Origin: an uncultured delta proteobacterium
GTDB taxonomy: Bacteria > Desulfobacterota > Syntrophorhabdia > Syntrophorhabdales > Syntrophorhabdaceae
DNA length: 64,000 bases
Direction: 5' to 3'
Assembly: GCA_963816115.1 (NCBI GenBank)
Contig: CAWFIZ010000008.1
Coordinates: 189,605-253,604 of the forward strand
Shown here piece after piece: positions 17,747 through 27,680 of the stretch. Below the pieces are notes generated by a model. It was not told the origin of the DNA. It ran no database searches and saw nothing but the letters and a program-made list of their open reading frames with translations. Position numbers and translations under genes: made by a program. Position 1 is the first letter of the stretch, and the number at the start of each line of letters is the position of its first letter.

Positions 17747-18898
17747 ATGGACCGATATGACTGCATAGTAGTTGGGGCCGGGCCGGCCGGGGCAACCGTT
17801 GCCCGCCACAGCGCCTTGAAGGGATTAAAGACCCTGCTCATCGAGAAAGAGTCCCTTCCACGGTACAAGCCATGCGGCGGTGCTACCACGCCGGCGATAA
17901 AACAACTTCTGGGTCTCGATCACCTCGCTGTTGTGGAGCGGGTTGTAAAGGGTGTCACATTCCTCTCCCGCAATGAACCGGAACATCATGTATTTTATCC
18001 AAATGGTATGAGAGTCGAGATGGTCTCCAGGGGGGACTTTGATCACCACCTCGTAAAAGGGGCCCTGCAGGCCGGGGCAACCCTCATGGAAAAAACAAGG
18101 ATAACATCGGTAGAGGAGTCAAGCGGGCAAGTGACTGTACGCACCGACAGGCGCGAGGCGCTCACCGGTCTCGTTGTCGTAGGCGCCGATGGCGCGAAGA
18201 GTGTTGTGGCAAGAGCCGCGGGGTTGCACAGGGGGCCCGGGGGCGTTGGTGTCGAAGCCGAGCTTTATCCTCGCGATACCGGGATCCTTGAACAGTACGC
18301 AGACAGGGCTTTCTTCGGGTTCGGGTTCATACCGAAAGGATACGGATGGGTCTTCCCGAAAAAAGATCATTTTTCTGTCGGTATCGCCACCACACGGGAG
18401 CACATGCCCGGCATAACATCCCTTTACCGGCAATTCGTCAACCATTTCGAATTTCTGGGGGACGTCAAGGATGAGTCCCTGCGGGGATGGTTCGTACCAT
18501 TCTGCAAAGGCCCGGGGTTGTTGAACACACGCAGGGTATGTCTCACCGGGGACGCGGCAGGCCTTGTTGATCCCTTCAGCGGCGAGGGTATATACTATGC
18601 CGTATTGAGCGGTATTATTGCCGCCGGCACCATCGCCAATGAACTGGAAGAGCATGGTAGTCTATCCAAAAAATATACAAAGGAGATAAACAGACAGATC
18701 GTGAAAGACTTTACCTACGCGAAGTGGTGCGCCGATATCTACTTCATGTCACCGTCATTCTTCTATCGAAGAGACAGGGTCATCGGTGCCTTCACTCGTC
18801 TATCCAACAAAGAAACGCGATACAGGAACATTTTCAATGAATTTCGCAGAGGCATCGCGGATCACGCTATCCGCCCTTTTCCTTTCCGGTTCGAATAA
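17747..18898 (+). CDS. Geranylgeranyl reductase family FAD-dependent oxidoreductase
   Basis: 383 aa. N-terminal motif YDCIVVGAGPAGATVA...RYKPCGGA is typical of this family. Internal GDAAG motif. Confidence 0.75.
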   Translation: MDRYDCIVVGAGPAGATVARHSALKGLKTLLIEKESLPRYKPCGGATTPAIKQLLGLDHLAVVERVVKGVTFLSRNEPEHHVFYPNGMRVEMVSRGDFDHHLVKGALQAGATLMEKTRITSVEESSGQVTVRTDRREALTGLVVVGADGAKSVVARAAGLHRGPGGVGVEAELYPRDTGILEQYADRAFFGFGFIPKGYGWVFPKKDHFSVGIATTREHMPGITSLYRQFVNHFEFLGDVKDESLRGWFVPFCKGPGLLNTRRVCLTGDAAGLVDPFSGEGIYYAVLSGIIAAGTIANELEEHGSLSKKYTKEINRQIVKDFTYAKWCADIYFMSPSFFYRRDRVIGAFTRLSNKETRYRNIFNEFRRGIADHAIRPFPFRFE

Positions 18899-19149
18899 TA
18901 ATAACGGCATGTCCCAAGGGGTCTATCGGAAAGGACACATAAATAAATACGGTTGCATATTCATTGAAATTACCGGAGAATAGAGATTAGCAACCGGTGT
19001 GGAATATACTTCTTTTGTGTGGTTGTTCCCCCCATGATATTTTCACAATATTCCGCCTGTACGGTGGTTCGCTATGTGATGGGAAAGACTCAATGTTAAT
19101 GATCACTAACAGGCACAAGAGGCCGGAAAGAACAAAAGGAGGGAGAAGC

Positions 19150-19485
19150 ATGGAAGGCATGAAAGAATGTCCGTACTGCGGGGAGGAGGTCAAGGCCGTG
19201 GCAGTGATCTGTCGTTACTGCCACAGTGAACTTCAGGGTGAAGCAAGGGACAGGAAAGGCAATCTCATCAAGGTGCGCCTGAAAGCCGGAGAAAAAAAAT
19301 ACGTCGGCGACATCTTTGTGCCGGAGGGACATTCACGTGTAAGTGATGTCATCAATGACAACAGGCATTTTATAGTGCTTTCCAACGCCATTGAGGAAGG
19401 GCATGCCAGGGACGTCCAGATCGGGTTTCTCGCCATCAACAAAAACCTGACAGAATGGATAGAGCTCAAGGGTTCGGGCGGTTAA
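19150..19485 (+). CDS. Small zinc-ribbon protein with a C-terminal domain of unknown function
   Basis: AGGAGG ribosome-binding site 6 nt before the ATG. MEGMKECPYCGEEVKAVAVICRYCHSEL contains CxxC-N10-CxxC. Confidence 0.6.
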   Translation: MEGMKECPYCGEEVKAVAVICRYCHSELQGEARDRKGNLIKVRLKAGEKKYVGDIFVPEGHSRVSDVINDNRHFIVLSNAIEEGHARDVQIGFLAINKNLTEWIELKGSGG

Positions 19486-19589
19486 AAACCCTAACCCATG
19501 GCTCAAGGCATATCGTGCAACAAGTGGAATGGACCGGGAACAATTAACGGTAAAAGAGGACGGGCCGGTGTTTTTATCTCACTTTATCA

Positions 19590-19826
19590 TCAGGCCTCGC
19601 CGATGATCTCTTTCTCTTTCGCTTTTTTCATGGCCTCTCTGAGCAGTTCAACAAGGCTTCCTATCTGGTCTGGACTGATGGTGACACCATCTGTTGTCGC
19701 CATGAGCTCACCATCGGTGAGCACCTTGTAGATCCTGCAATCGATGGACCTCGTACCCTTGAACTTGTCCAGCACTTCTACCACAAGGCGTTCGCGAACG
19801 CCCGTGGCCAGTTTTCCTACCAGCAT
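19590..19826 (-). CDS. PC4/YdbC-like small nucleic-acid-binding protein (tentative)
   Basis: 78 aa starting MLVGKL with a GAAGGGGG ribosome-binding site. The pattern ...KFKGTRSIDCRIY...DGELMATTDGVTISPDQIGSLVELL resembles bacterial PC4-like proteins. Confidence 0.45.
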   Translation of the reverse strand: MLVGKLATGVRERLVVEVLDKFKGTRSIDCRIYKVLTDGELMATTDGVTISPDQIGSLVELLREAMKKAKEKEIIGEA

Positions 19827-19845
19827 ACTACCCCCTTCAGGACCA

Positions 19846-21075
19846 TTATTTGAAACGTCCTTTCTGAATCGTTTTGTGTGTTCCGCGCCGGCGGTAGGTA
19901 ACTTTTTTAGCTGCAGTTGTCGTGTCCGTCGTGGTTGTTCTGCCGCTGAGCTCAATGGAGAGTGTGGCGTGGCGTTTTATCTTCGTCTTCGCGTAGGCCT
20001 GGATGCCCCGGAGCTTTCCCATCTCTGACGGCAACACAAGGGTAAAGGCCTGACCGGTTCTGCCCATCCGTGCCGTTCTGCCGATCCTGTGAACATAATA
20101 CTGGTCATCGAGGGGAACATCATAATTGATGACCGCCTCGACCCTGCTGACGTCTATACCCCGGGCTGCAACGTCCGTTGCAACCAGTATGGTTGAATGG
20201 CCTCTGCGGAAATCCGCCATCACCCGGTCACGTCTCGACTGGGTCATGTCACCGTGCAGACCGTCTGCCCCGTAACCCATGACCTTGAGATTCTTTGCGA
20301 TCTCATCGACACGTCTTTTCGTATTGCAGAAGATGAGCGATGAAGAAAAATTATAGGTATCGACGAGCTTGCACAGCAGGTTGAGCTTCATACCCTGCAT
20401 GACCTCGATATAGGTCTGTTCGACCTCTGCAACGGTCAATTCTTCGCCTACAACCTTTACGAGGGTGGGGGTCTTCTGATATTTTCCAGCCAGTTTGCGT
20501 ATGCTCTCTGGCATGGTGGCCGAAAAAAGAAGGGTCTGCCGGTTCGCGGAAGTCGCTTCGAGGATCGTCTCGATGTCATCGAGAAATCCCATGTTGAGCA
20601 TCTCATCGGCCTCATCGAGCACGACCTTCGTGACGGTACCGAGCCGTATCGTTCTGCGTCTCATATGGTCTATCATTCTCCCCGGCGTTCCTACCACGAT
20701 ATTGACACCTCTTCTAAGGCTCGCTATCTGGGTCTGTATCGGCTGACCGCCGTAAACGGGAACAATGATGATGTCCTTTCTGTAACGTGCCAGTTTCTTC
20801 AATTCACCGGCAACCTGGACGGCCAGTTCCCGGGTAGGACAAAGGATAAGCGCCTCGGGCTCCCTTCTTTTCGCTTCAATGAGCTCGATGATGGGAATAC
20901 CGAAGGCGGCCGTCTTCCCTGTGCCCGTCTGTGCCTGGCCGATAATGTCTATGCCGTCGAGCACAAGCGGTATTGATTGGGCCTGGATCGGGGTCAGTTC
21001 ATCGAACCCCATGTTTTCAATGGCCTTTTGCACCATTTTGGACAGGTGCAGTTTCTCGAATTTCTTCTCTTGCAT
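19846..21075 (-). CDS. DEAD-box ATP-dependent RNA helicase
   Basis: Q-motif (FDELTPIQ), motif I (AQTGTGKT), DEAD (VLDEADEM), SAT and HRIGRTAR are all present. Basic C-terminal tail. Confidence 0.9.
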   Translation of the reverse strand: MQEKKFEKLHLSKMVQKAIENMGFDELTPIQAQSIPLVLDGIDIIGQAQTGTGKTAAFGIPIIELIEAKRREPEALILCPTRELAVQVAGELKKLARYRKDIIIVPVYGGQPIQTQIASLRRGVNIVVGTPGRMIDHMRRRTIRLGTVTKVVLDEADEMLNMGFLDDIETILEATSANRQTLLFSATMPESIRKLAGKYQKTPTLVKVVGEELTVAEVEQTYIEVMQGMKLNLLCKLVDTYNFSSSLIFCNTKRRVDEIAKNLKVMGYGADGLHGDMTQSRRDRVMADFRRGHSTILVATDVAARGIDVSRVEAVINYDVPLDDQYYVHRIGRTARMGRTGQAFTLVLPSEMGKLRGIQAYAKTKIKRHATLSIELSGRTTTTDTTTAAKKVTYRRRGTHKTIQKGRFK

Positions 21076-21452
21076 GTTTTCTCCATAAAAGAATAGTATT
21101 TGGCCGCTTTTATCCGCCCGGCTTATCGACCATTCCTTCAAGCTGTTTTAAACTATGGAAGAGCAGAGAGGTTGTAAGTAGCTTGATCATAATACCACAA
21201 AATTATAAAAAAAACACCTACTTAATTGTCATGTTAGGTGTAAGGTATGAGGTGTTACACTTTATTCTTCACACTTTACTCTTTACGGGACGTCAAAAAA
21301 GACTTGACGGCAAACAGGAAAGAGCAGGAAAATTAAAAAAACAAAAAGGCGCTGCAACCGGGTCCGGCGATACCCGTGCAAAGCAATCTGTCGTTGACGC
21401 GGCTTGTGATCGTTCATGGGACGATCGAACGAATACGAAGGAAGGTATTACC

Positions 21453-22349
21453 ATGAAACGTTCCATTATCTTTTGTTCCTGCCTTTTCATCCTGGCCTCG
21501 ATCATCATCGCTGACACCGCAAACACTCAGCCGTTGAAGCCGGTACCGCAACCAAAGGTCACATTTAAAAAACCGATCGCCGACCTCGTGGTATCGAACG
21601 TCAAAATAACACCGGAGAATCCCAGGGCGCAAAAAGATATGATAACCATCGAGGTCACGGTAAAGAACACCGGCAGCGGCGCCCTCCCCAAGGTCTGTTC
21701 GCTGGCGATGGACCTTATTAATCAGGACACCAAGCCGGACTACCACCACCAGATCATACCCTGGTATACCAATAACATTCCCCAACTTTCACCCGGCGCC
21801 GAGGTCAAGATATCGAAGACCATCACCATACCCTACCCGGGAAGGTACAAACTCAGCATGGTCATCATTACCGAAGGTCTTCAGGTGGGTGATGAAAAGC
21901 CTGGGAACAACCAGCATGCAGTCTATTTTCAGGCCGCTGTGGCGCCGGAGCGGTCCGACCTCATCCTCGACAACGTGTCTCTTGATCAGGAAGGCCGCGT
22001 CGTGCTCAGGATGCATAACGCCGGCGCCGGGATCCCCGATCAGGATTTCAATACATCATACGTACGTGTCAAGATCGACAACACGCTGCAAAAAAGCATA
22101 TATTTCAAAGAGATCGACCCCAACGGGATCCTGAAGAGAGGACAGGGGGCCCCCTTGGGCGGCTCGGTGCCCTGGGGCGGAACGACGACATATCTCAATT
22201 TTACCTGGCCCAACACGGGGTACAACGCGATCAAGCTGGAACCCGGGCATGCCTGCATAGTTGAGGTCATCCTCGATTACAACTCCCGCATCTCGGACAA
22301 GAACGGGACCAACAATAAAAAGACGGTGACGCTCACCTACAATCCTTGA
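21453..22349 (+). CDS. Secreted protein with two CARDB-like (Ig-fold) repeats
   Basis: Signal peptide MKRSIIFCSCLFILASIIIA. Repeated DLVVSNVKI...VTVKNTGSGA and DLILDNVSL...RMHNAGAG patterns. Confidence 0.6.
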   Translation: MKRSIIFCSCLFILASIIIADTANTQPLKPVPQPKVTFKKPIADLVVSNVKITPENPRAQKDMITIEVTVKNTGSGALPKVCSLAMDLINQDTKPDYHHQIIPWYTNNIPQLSPGAEVKISKTITIPYPGRYKLSMVIITEGLQVGDEKPGNNQHAVYFQAAVAPERSDLILDNVSLDQEGRVVLRMHNAGAGIPDQDFNTSYVRVKIDNTLQKSIYFKEIDPNGILKRGQGAPLGGSVPWGGTTTYLNFTWPNTGYNAIKLEPGHACIVEVILDYNSRISDKNGTNNKKTVTLTYNP

Positions 22350-22354
22350 TAAAG

Positions 22355-22429
22355 ACAGGTTATGGGTGATTGGTTATAGGTTACAGGAAGAGAAAGTATG
22401 GGACCTATAACGGTGAACCCATAACCTGT
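22355..22429. repeat. Composite palindromic repeat (GGTTATGGGT...GTTATAGGT family), probable terminator
   Basis: Arm ACAGGTTATGGGTGATTGGTTATAGGTTACAGG opposes the arm whose reverse complement is ACAGGTTATGGGTTCACCGTTATAGGTCCCATA. This gives 13-bp and 9-bp paired segments. A single related arm is at 37045-37070. Confidence 0.6.
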
Positions 22430-22516
22430 ATTTCTCAATTTGACTTCATTCCCTTAAAACGCATATACTTCAAGGGTGTGAAATTTCAGCGCTGACCACC
22501 CATAGAGAGGCGATAA

Positions 22517-23494
22517 ATGGAATTTGAACAGACCTTCATGAACTTCCTCCTCCAGCACCAGGAGAAGCACAACCGGACCTACCACTTCCTTGTCCTCATG
22601 GACGCCATCATAAGCGCGGCTAAGCACATCGAACGCTACTATGTCACGGGGGCGCTCAAGGGCAACCTCGGCTCGGCAGGCAAGGTCAACGTCCAGGGCG
22701 AGAACGTTATGCACATGGACGACATTGCCCACAAGATCATCATCCATTACCTGAAGACAACGGGGCGCGTCATACACGCGGTCAGCGAAGAATCGACAAA
22801 GATCATACCCCTCAACGAGGAAGGCGGACGTTACTTCATATACTTCGATCCCCTCGACGGGTCTTCTAATATCTCCCACGGCCTGCCCGTCGGTTTCCTC
22901 TTCGGCATAGCCAAGCGCAACCTCAAAGGCCCCGAGGACTTCCACCTGAGGGCCGGCAAGGACTACATCGCCGCAGGGATGTTCGTCATCCCCACCGGTA
23001 CCTTCACCATTGCCTTCCGGGAGGCGGGAACATGGCGCTTTCACATCGACGAGATCATGAACTACGTCAAACCGGCAAGGATAATGCTGCCCGAAACACC
23101 GGACACCTGGGAACTCTCCTTCAACGCCACGAACCGCTACACCTATAAGAAAGAGGTCCAGGAGTGGGTGCATGAGAATGAGCGGAAATACATCTTCCGC
23201 TACCTGGGCGCCCTGGCGGGTGATTTTCACCGCATCCTCACAAGGGGAGGGATGTTCATGTATCCCGCGATCGTCAATCACCCCGACCCGAAGAAGAACA
23301 GACCTGACGGCAAACTGCGCCTGATGTACGAAGCGTCGGTGGTTGCCTTCATGTGCCGGGAGGCGGGCGGGGCCGCCGTCGATGAACACGGCACCCCCAT
23401 ACTCAACATCAAACCAAAGAACCACCATCAAAGAACGGCCCTCTACGTGGGGTCGAAACCGCTCGTGGACGACATAACAAAGGTGCTGAAGTAA
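22517..23494 (+). CDS. fbp: Fructose-1,6-bisphosphatase class 1
   Basis: 325 aa. Metal-binding motif FDPLDGSSN and a family-like C-terminal GKLRLMYEA. Confidence 0.85.
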   Translation: MEFEQTFMNFLLQHQEKHNRTYHFLVLMDAIISAAKHIERYYVTGALKGNLGSAGKVNVQGENVMHMDDIAHKIIIHYLKTTGRVIHAVSEESTKIIPLNEEGGRYFIYFDPLDGSSNISHGLPVGFLFGIAKRNLKGPEDFHLRAGKDYIAAGMFVIPTGTFTIAFREAGTWRFHIDEIMNYVKPARIMLPETPDTWELSFNATNRYTYKKEVQEWVHENERKYIFRYLGALAGDFHRILTRGGMFMYPAIVNHPDPKKNRPDGKLRLMYEASVVAFMCREAGGAAVDEHGTPILNIKPKNHHQRTALYVGSKPLVDDITKVLK

Positions 23495-23508
23495 AGACGC
23501 ACACGTTT

Positions 23509-24189
23509 TTATTTTATCTGCTTTTGGTCCTTCTGCATCTCCACTATTGTTTCTCTGAACTTTTCCGCCGCATCGGTCACGGCCTGCTTCGCGGCGTCTA
23601 GGCCTGTAAAGATGGTGGTTATGTTCATGGCGTTTGGAGACTTGTTCGTCAAAAATGCGCCCTCGAGCTTTCCCGTTTCCCCGTCGAAGAACTCCCCGCC
23701 AAAGACGATCGACCCCATGAAGGACCCCTTCAGGTGGGCGGCACTCAAACCAAGGTTCACGACCAATCCCGCGGGAAGGGCGTGGGTCACCGCCGCCAGG
23801 GGGGTCACGGTCTCCTGGATACCCGCCAGGGTGAACCTGATACGCAGCACGGCCGGTCCCGGTTTGTCAACGACCTTTAAACTTTTCTTCAGTGCCTTGA
23901 TAAATTCGTCCCGGATAAAATCGGCCATTTTTTGTTTCTGCTCCTCGGTAATACTGCCGAACTGGGCATCCGCGCCCCGGTAGATCTGCACGGGCTCTAT
24001 GTAGAATTTCGTGTATTTCTTCGCGTCGACGCCCGGCTTCACATATATCAACGTGTTGTGAAAATCCTGGCTGGGTTGCACCTTCCGGGATGCTTCATCG
24101 CCCTCGAAAGCCTGCGGCATACTCGCGCAACCCGCGAGGAGAACAAAAATTGAAAAAACGATAATGAAGCTTCCTGCCCTAATTTTCAT
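23509..24189 (-). CDS. Lipoprotein (DUF3313-like)
   Basis: Lipobox LLAGC after a signal peptide. 226 aa. Confidence 0.6.
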   Translation of the reverse strand: MKIRAGSFIIVFSIFVLLAGCASMPQAFEGDEASRKVQPSQDFHNTLIYVKPGVDAKKYTKFYIEPVQIYRGADAQFGSITEEQKQKMADFIRDEFIKALKKSLKVVDKPGPAVLRIRFTLAGIQETVTPLAAVTHALPAGLVVNLGLSAAHLKGSFMGSIVFGGEFFDGETGKLEGAFLTNKSPNAMNITTIFTGLDAAKQAVTDAAEKFRETIVEMQKDQKQIK

Positions 24190-24472
24190 AGGTCCTCCTT
24201 TTTAATCAACCTTACTTGGCTAATCCAAGCATACCGCGAAACCAAAGGGCAGTCTGTAACTTTTTTTACATTATAGCTGCCGTCCTGTGACAATCACAAT
24301 AATTATTCCTGCGGCAAAGCTTCTCATTACACGCCGCCGCCTTGACGGAACGGCGCTGCGCGTCCTGCCACCGATTGCCTGCCGTCGAAAAATAGGTTGA
24401 ATATTCAGCAGAATTGAAGGAAAATGAGAACAAGTTTACGCTTCACATGTAAAGACAGGTCAAGCCGGAGGA

Positions 24473-25336
24473 ATGGACAAAGCACAGACCGCCAGGGTGT
24501 CGGAAGTGATAAAAGGCTTTGCATTCATTGTCGTCGGCCTTTTCTTCGGGGTTCTTGCGTTTTTATCGATACAGAACAGACCTGACCTGTCCTTTGCCGT
24601 TGCCATATTACTGCTTGTTTCTGTTTCTTCGGTGGAGGGAGGCGTCTTCTGGATCAAAAAATACCTGCGGCTGAATATCGGTGCAGATATTTCAAGACCG
24701 GGGTTTTGGGCAAAACTGGCCGGTACCGGCGTATGGGTGTTCTTTGCATCCAACATCCTGGGGGCATTGGCCATCGTGGCCATCATTTATCTTTTCGGCA
24801 GACTATACCTGGAAAGTGCCGGGAAGAACTTCTCATGGGAAAACAGGCATTCATGGTTCCTTATCGCGCTGGTCATATATGCCGCGGTCAGGCCTTTTGC
24901 CATACGCTCCATAAAACCCCTTCTGCGAAAGATCGAAAGGGACAACCGCAAGCAGCTCGCTACATATGAACTGTCACCGGACCGCGTGGTCCTTAACATC
25001 CCGGGCTGGCCCGAGAACAAGCGTTACATAACCATACAATTCAATGAGCTCGACGACGTAAGGGTCCTGGACCGTTATCAGGGCACGGCCTGGCAGGAAT
25101 ACGGCATCGGCCCCGACCTTAAGCTCGGATATGATGCAATAAAGGACCTCATCGACTACAACACCGGCAAGATCGACAGGCCGAGATATTTCAGCTGGAT
25201 GGCCAATGTCTCGGGCGTGAAAACATTATTTCTGTACGGACGCGGGTTGACATACCTCATCGGGATCGCCTATCCCACCGGGCAGGATCTGATCGATGCC
25301 TTCGAGAACTATCAAGGAATGAACAAAGAACCATGA
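24473..25336 (+). CDS. Integral membrane protein of unknown function
   Basis: 287 aa with about four N-terminal hydrophobic helices and a soluble C-terminal half. Confidence 0.55.
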   Translation: MDKAQTARVSEVIKGFAFIVVGLFFGVLAFLSIQNRPDLSFAVAILLLVSVSSVEGGVFWIKKYLRLNIGADISRPGFWAKLAGTGVWVFFASNILGALAIVAIIYLFGRLYLESAGKNFSWENRHSWFLIALVIYAAVRPFAIRSIKPLLRKIERDNRKQLATYELSPDRVVLNIPGWPENKRYITIQFNELDDVRVLDRYQGTAWQEYGIGPDLKLGYDAIKDLIDYNTGKIDRPRYFSWMANVSGVKTLFLYGRGLTYLIGIAYPTGQDLIDAFENYQGMNKEP

Positions 25337-25368
25337 AACATAGCTTCATAACATGTCGGGGAGGACAT

Positions 25369-26169
25369 ATGAAAAAAAAGATCCTTATATTATCGGTTAT
25401 GTTCTTATGCGTGGCGTCGACGGTTTGCTTCGCGGTCGGCCCGGCTGAGACATTCCTTGATGAGACCGTACGAAGGATCTCGTCTGTCTTTAAAAACATA
25501 GACGGTGATATCTCGAAAGCGGCCAGAAATTTTGGCGATGGGACAGCCGCCGGCACAAGCATGAGGGAAACGGTCGGGAACCTCTGCGCCGGAAAGCCCT
25601 ATGCGATAGACTGTTCATTTGTCAATGCCAAGGGCATCATGGAGATCATCGAACCGGAAAAATACAGGAAGTATGAAGGTTCAAACATCAAGGACCATCC
25701 CTCGATGATCCGCCTTCGCAAAACCAAAAAACCCGTTTTCAGCGAGATCTTCACGGCCGTTGAAGGGTTTCAGGGGGTTGTCTTCGAATACCCGGTGTTT
25801 GACAGGAAAAAGGAGTTTACCGGTTCCGTGCACCTGCTCGTCTCACCGGAGGTCCTTGTCCAGGAGGCCCTTAAAGGCATAACGTCCGGCAGCGGCCTGG
25901 GCCTCGTTGTCCTTCAGCCGGACGGGACGAACATCTACTGCACGGATCCGGGGCAGACACGGCTCAACGTCCTGAAAAGCACCGAATATAAAGGTTTTCA
26001 CGAGTTGCGGGAACTCGGTAAGCGGATCGTCAGCGAAAAGGAAGGATCCGGAACATACCGTTATGTTCAGCCCGGCACCGGGAGGGTCCTGAAAAAAATG
26101 GCGATCTGGAAGACCGTCCCCTTCTATGACAGCTACTGGCGCATCCTCGTCAATACAGAGGGCCGGTAA
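25369..26169 (+). CDS. Secreted Cache/PDC-like sensory-fold protein (tentative)
   Basis: GGGGAGGA ribosome-binding site. Signal peptide MKKKILILSVMFLCVASTVCFA. No transmembrane or output domain follows. Confidence 0.45.
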   Translation: MKKKILILSVMFLCVASTVCFAVGPAETFLDETVRRISSVFKNIDGDISKAARNFGDGTAAGTSMRETVGNLCAGKPYAIDCSFVNAKGIMEIIEPEKYRKYEGSNIKDHPSMIRLRKTKKPVFSEIFTAVEGFQGVVFEYPVFDRKKEFTGSVHLLVSPEVLVQEALKGITSGSGLGLVVLQPDGTNIYCTDPGQTRLNVLKSTEYKGFHELRELGKRIVSEKEGSGTYRYVQPGTGRVLKKMAIWKTVPFYDSYWRILVNTEGR

Positions 26170-26286
26170 AACAGAGAATTCAGTTGAAAAGGTGGGGCGA
26201 TTGGGGGAAAATAGATATAAAAAAACGCCTGCACCGCCGGAAACGGCAACCGGTGAAATAACAAACAACAAAATACCGGAGCGATC

Positions 26287-27381
26287 GTGAAAGACATGAA
26301 GAAAAGCGAATCAGAGAACATTAAATATGACATCATACACTTTGAGGCCCTCGGCCCGGAGGCGAAACACCTCGAGGAAGAAATAGAGAAGGCAAGGCTC
26401 AGAGGCGAGCTCCCCGAAGGCCATACCTACCTGATCACTCCAAAGAACGTACAGGACTTCCTCAGGGACAATCCAGGGACCGGCCTGCCTGAAATTATAA
26501 CGACAAAAACACATTCGGTCCTTCCGGAAAGCTATTTTGCAAAAGGCAAAAAGAGCGTCATAACACGAAGCGCCGGATATGACCATTTCGAACACCTTGC
26601 AGAAAAGTTGAACATCGCGTCCCTTCGTGAATACTGCGTGAACTCCGTCGCGCAGACGGCAATGAAGTTCCTTTACGCCACGGCGGGAGAACTGAATCAT
26701 TACTCGAACAACACTGTGACCTTCGAAAGGAAGGACTCCAGGGCCTTCATGGAACTCGACGGGCGCAGGACCCTCACCGTCTTCGGCGTCGGCAAGATAG
26801 GCAAGAGGACCTACGAGCTTGCCGAGGCAAACGGGCTCGCCGTCCAGGGTGTCGATATCAGGCAGGAAGAACTGGGTGATCTATACGGTGGATCGGTGCG
26901 CTTCGTCTCGAAGGAAGAGGCCATAGCATCCAGCGACATCATCGTCAACGCCATGAACCTTACAAGGAACGATCAAAGCAGGTTCTATAACGTACGGTAT
27001 TTTTCAAAGCAATACCTGGCAAAGGCGACGAAAAGGCTCATCTTCATCAACGTGACGCGTGGAGAGATAGCGCCTGAGGCAGGTCTGCTGGAGCTCTACC
27101 GGTCGGGAAAGATAACGGGTATCGGCCTCGACGTCTTCACAAGCGAATCGGAATTCGCGCGCCTTCTGCTTGGCGAGCCCATAACCGGAGCCGACCTGCT
27201 GGCGGCAAAGACACTGGTCGAGCGGTCCATCGACCGCAGCGCCAATATCTACGTCCAGCCCCACCAGGCCTTCAATTCCGATATTGCGTCACAGACAAAG
27301 GCCGTCGAGGCGATCAAACATCTCGTGTCATGGTACCGCAACGGCAAACAACGCTTCGACGAACAACTGCCCTATTATTGA
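26287..27381 (+). CDS. D-isomer-specific 2-hydroxyacid dehydrogenase family protein
   Basis: NAD-binding motif VFGVGKIGKRTYELA. Catalytic-domain-like C-terminal region. The start is uncertain (GTG at 26287 or ATG at 26296). Confidence 0.7.
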   Translation: MKDMKKSESENIKYDIIHFEALGPEAKHLEEEIEKARLRGELPEGHTYLITPKNVQDFLRDNPGTGLPEIITTKTHSVLPESYFAKGKKSVITRSAGYDHFEHLAEKLNIASLREYCVNSVAQTAMKFLYATAGELNHYSNNTVTFERKDSRAFMELDGRRTLTVFGVGKIGKRTYELAEANGLAVQGVDIRQEELGDLYGGSVRFVSKEEAIASSDIIVNAMNLTRNDQSRFYNVRYFSKQYLAKATKRLIFINVTRGEIAPEAGLLELYRSGKITGIGLDVFTSESEFARLLLGEPITGADLLAAKTLVERSIDRSANIYVQPHQAFNSDIASQTKAVEAIKHLVSWYRNGKQRFDEQLPYY

Positions 27382-27680
27382 GAGGTCACTTCATCCTGAA
27401 ACGGAAACCGCAGTGGCATCTATGCAGATGGTCTTTGATGGGTCCGCTATTACCGCCGGTCCTGAAAAATTACTTGTATATCCGAAGGCAGTACATTATA
27501 CTGAAAGTGCACATTGATGTGTGTCCCCCCTCAACGGCCTCGAGGAAATTACAAGCTTACCGAACAAAGAAGTTCACTTAAACGTCAAAGTTACAGACTG
27601 AACGAGCCTTTCCTGATCTAATGGAAGGCATGACAATACATCGGCTTTGTCCGGTTAGAAACTTGTATAAGGAGGAGATC

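Noticed and set aside
22454-23431. A 325-aa minus-strand ORF of exactly the same length as fbp, overlapping it
   Set aside because: The plus-strand frame carries the diagnostic FBPase motif (FDPLDGSSN) and family-like sequence throughout. The antisense translation is low-complexity and rich in Val, Gly, Asp and His, with no recognisable motif. I treat it as a shadow ORF.
27414-27430. TGGCATCTATGCAGA upstream of glnN, considered as a sigma-54 promoter
   Set aside because: The GG-to-GC spacing is about 3 nt too short for a -24/-12 promoter, and there is no TTGC element.
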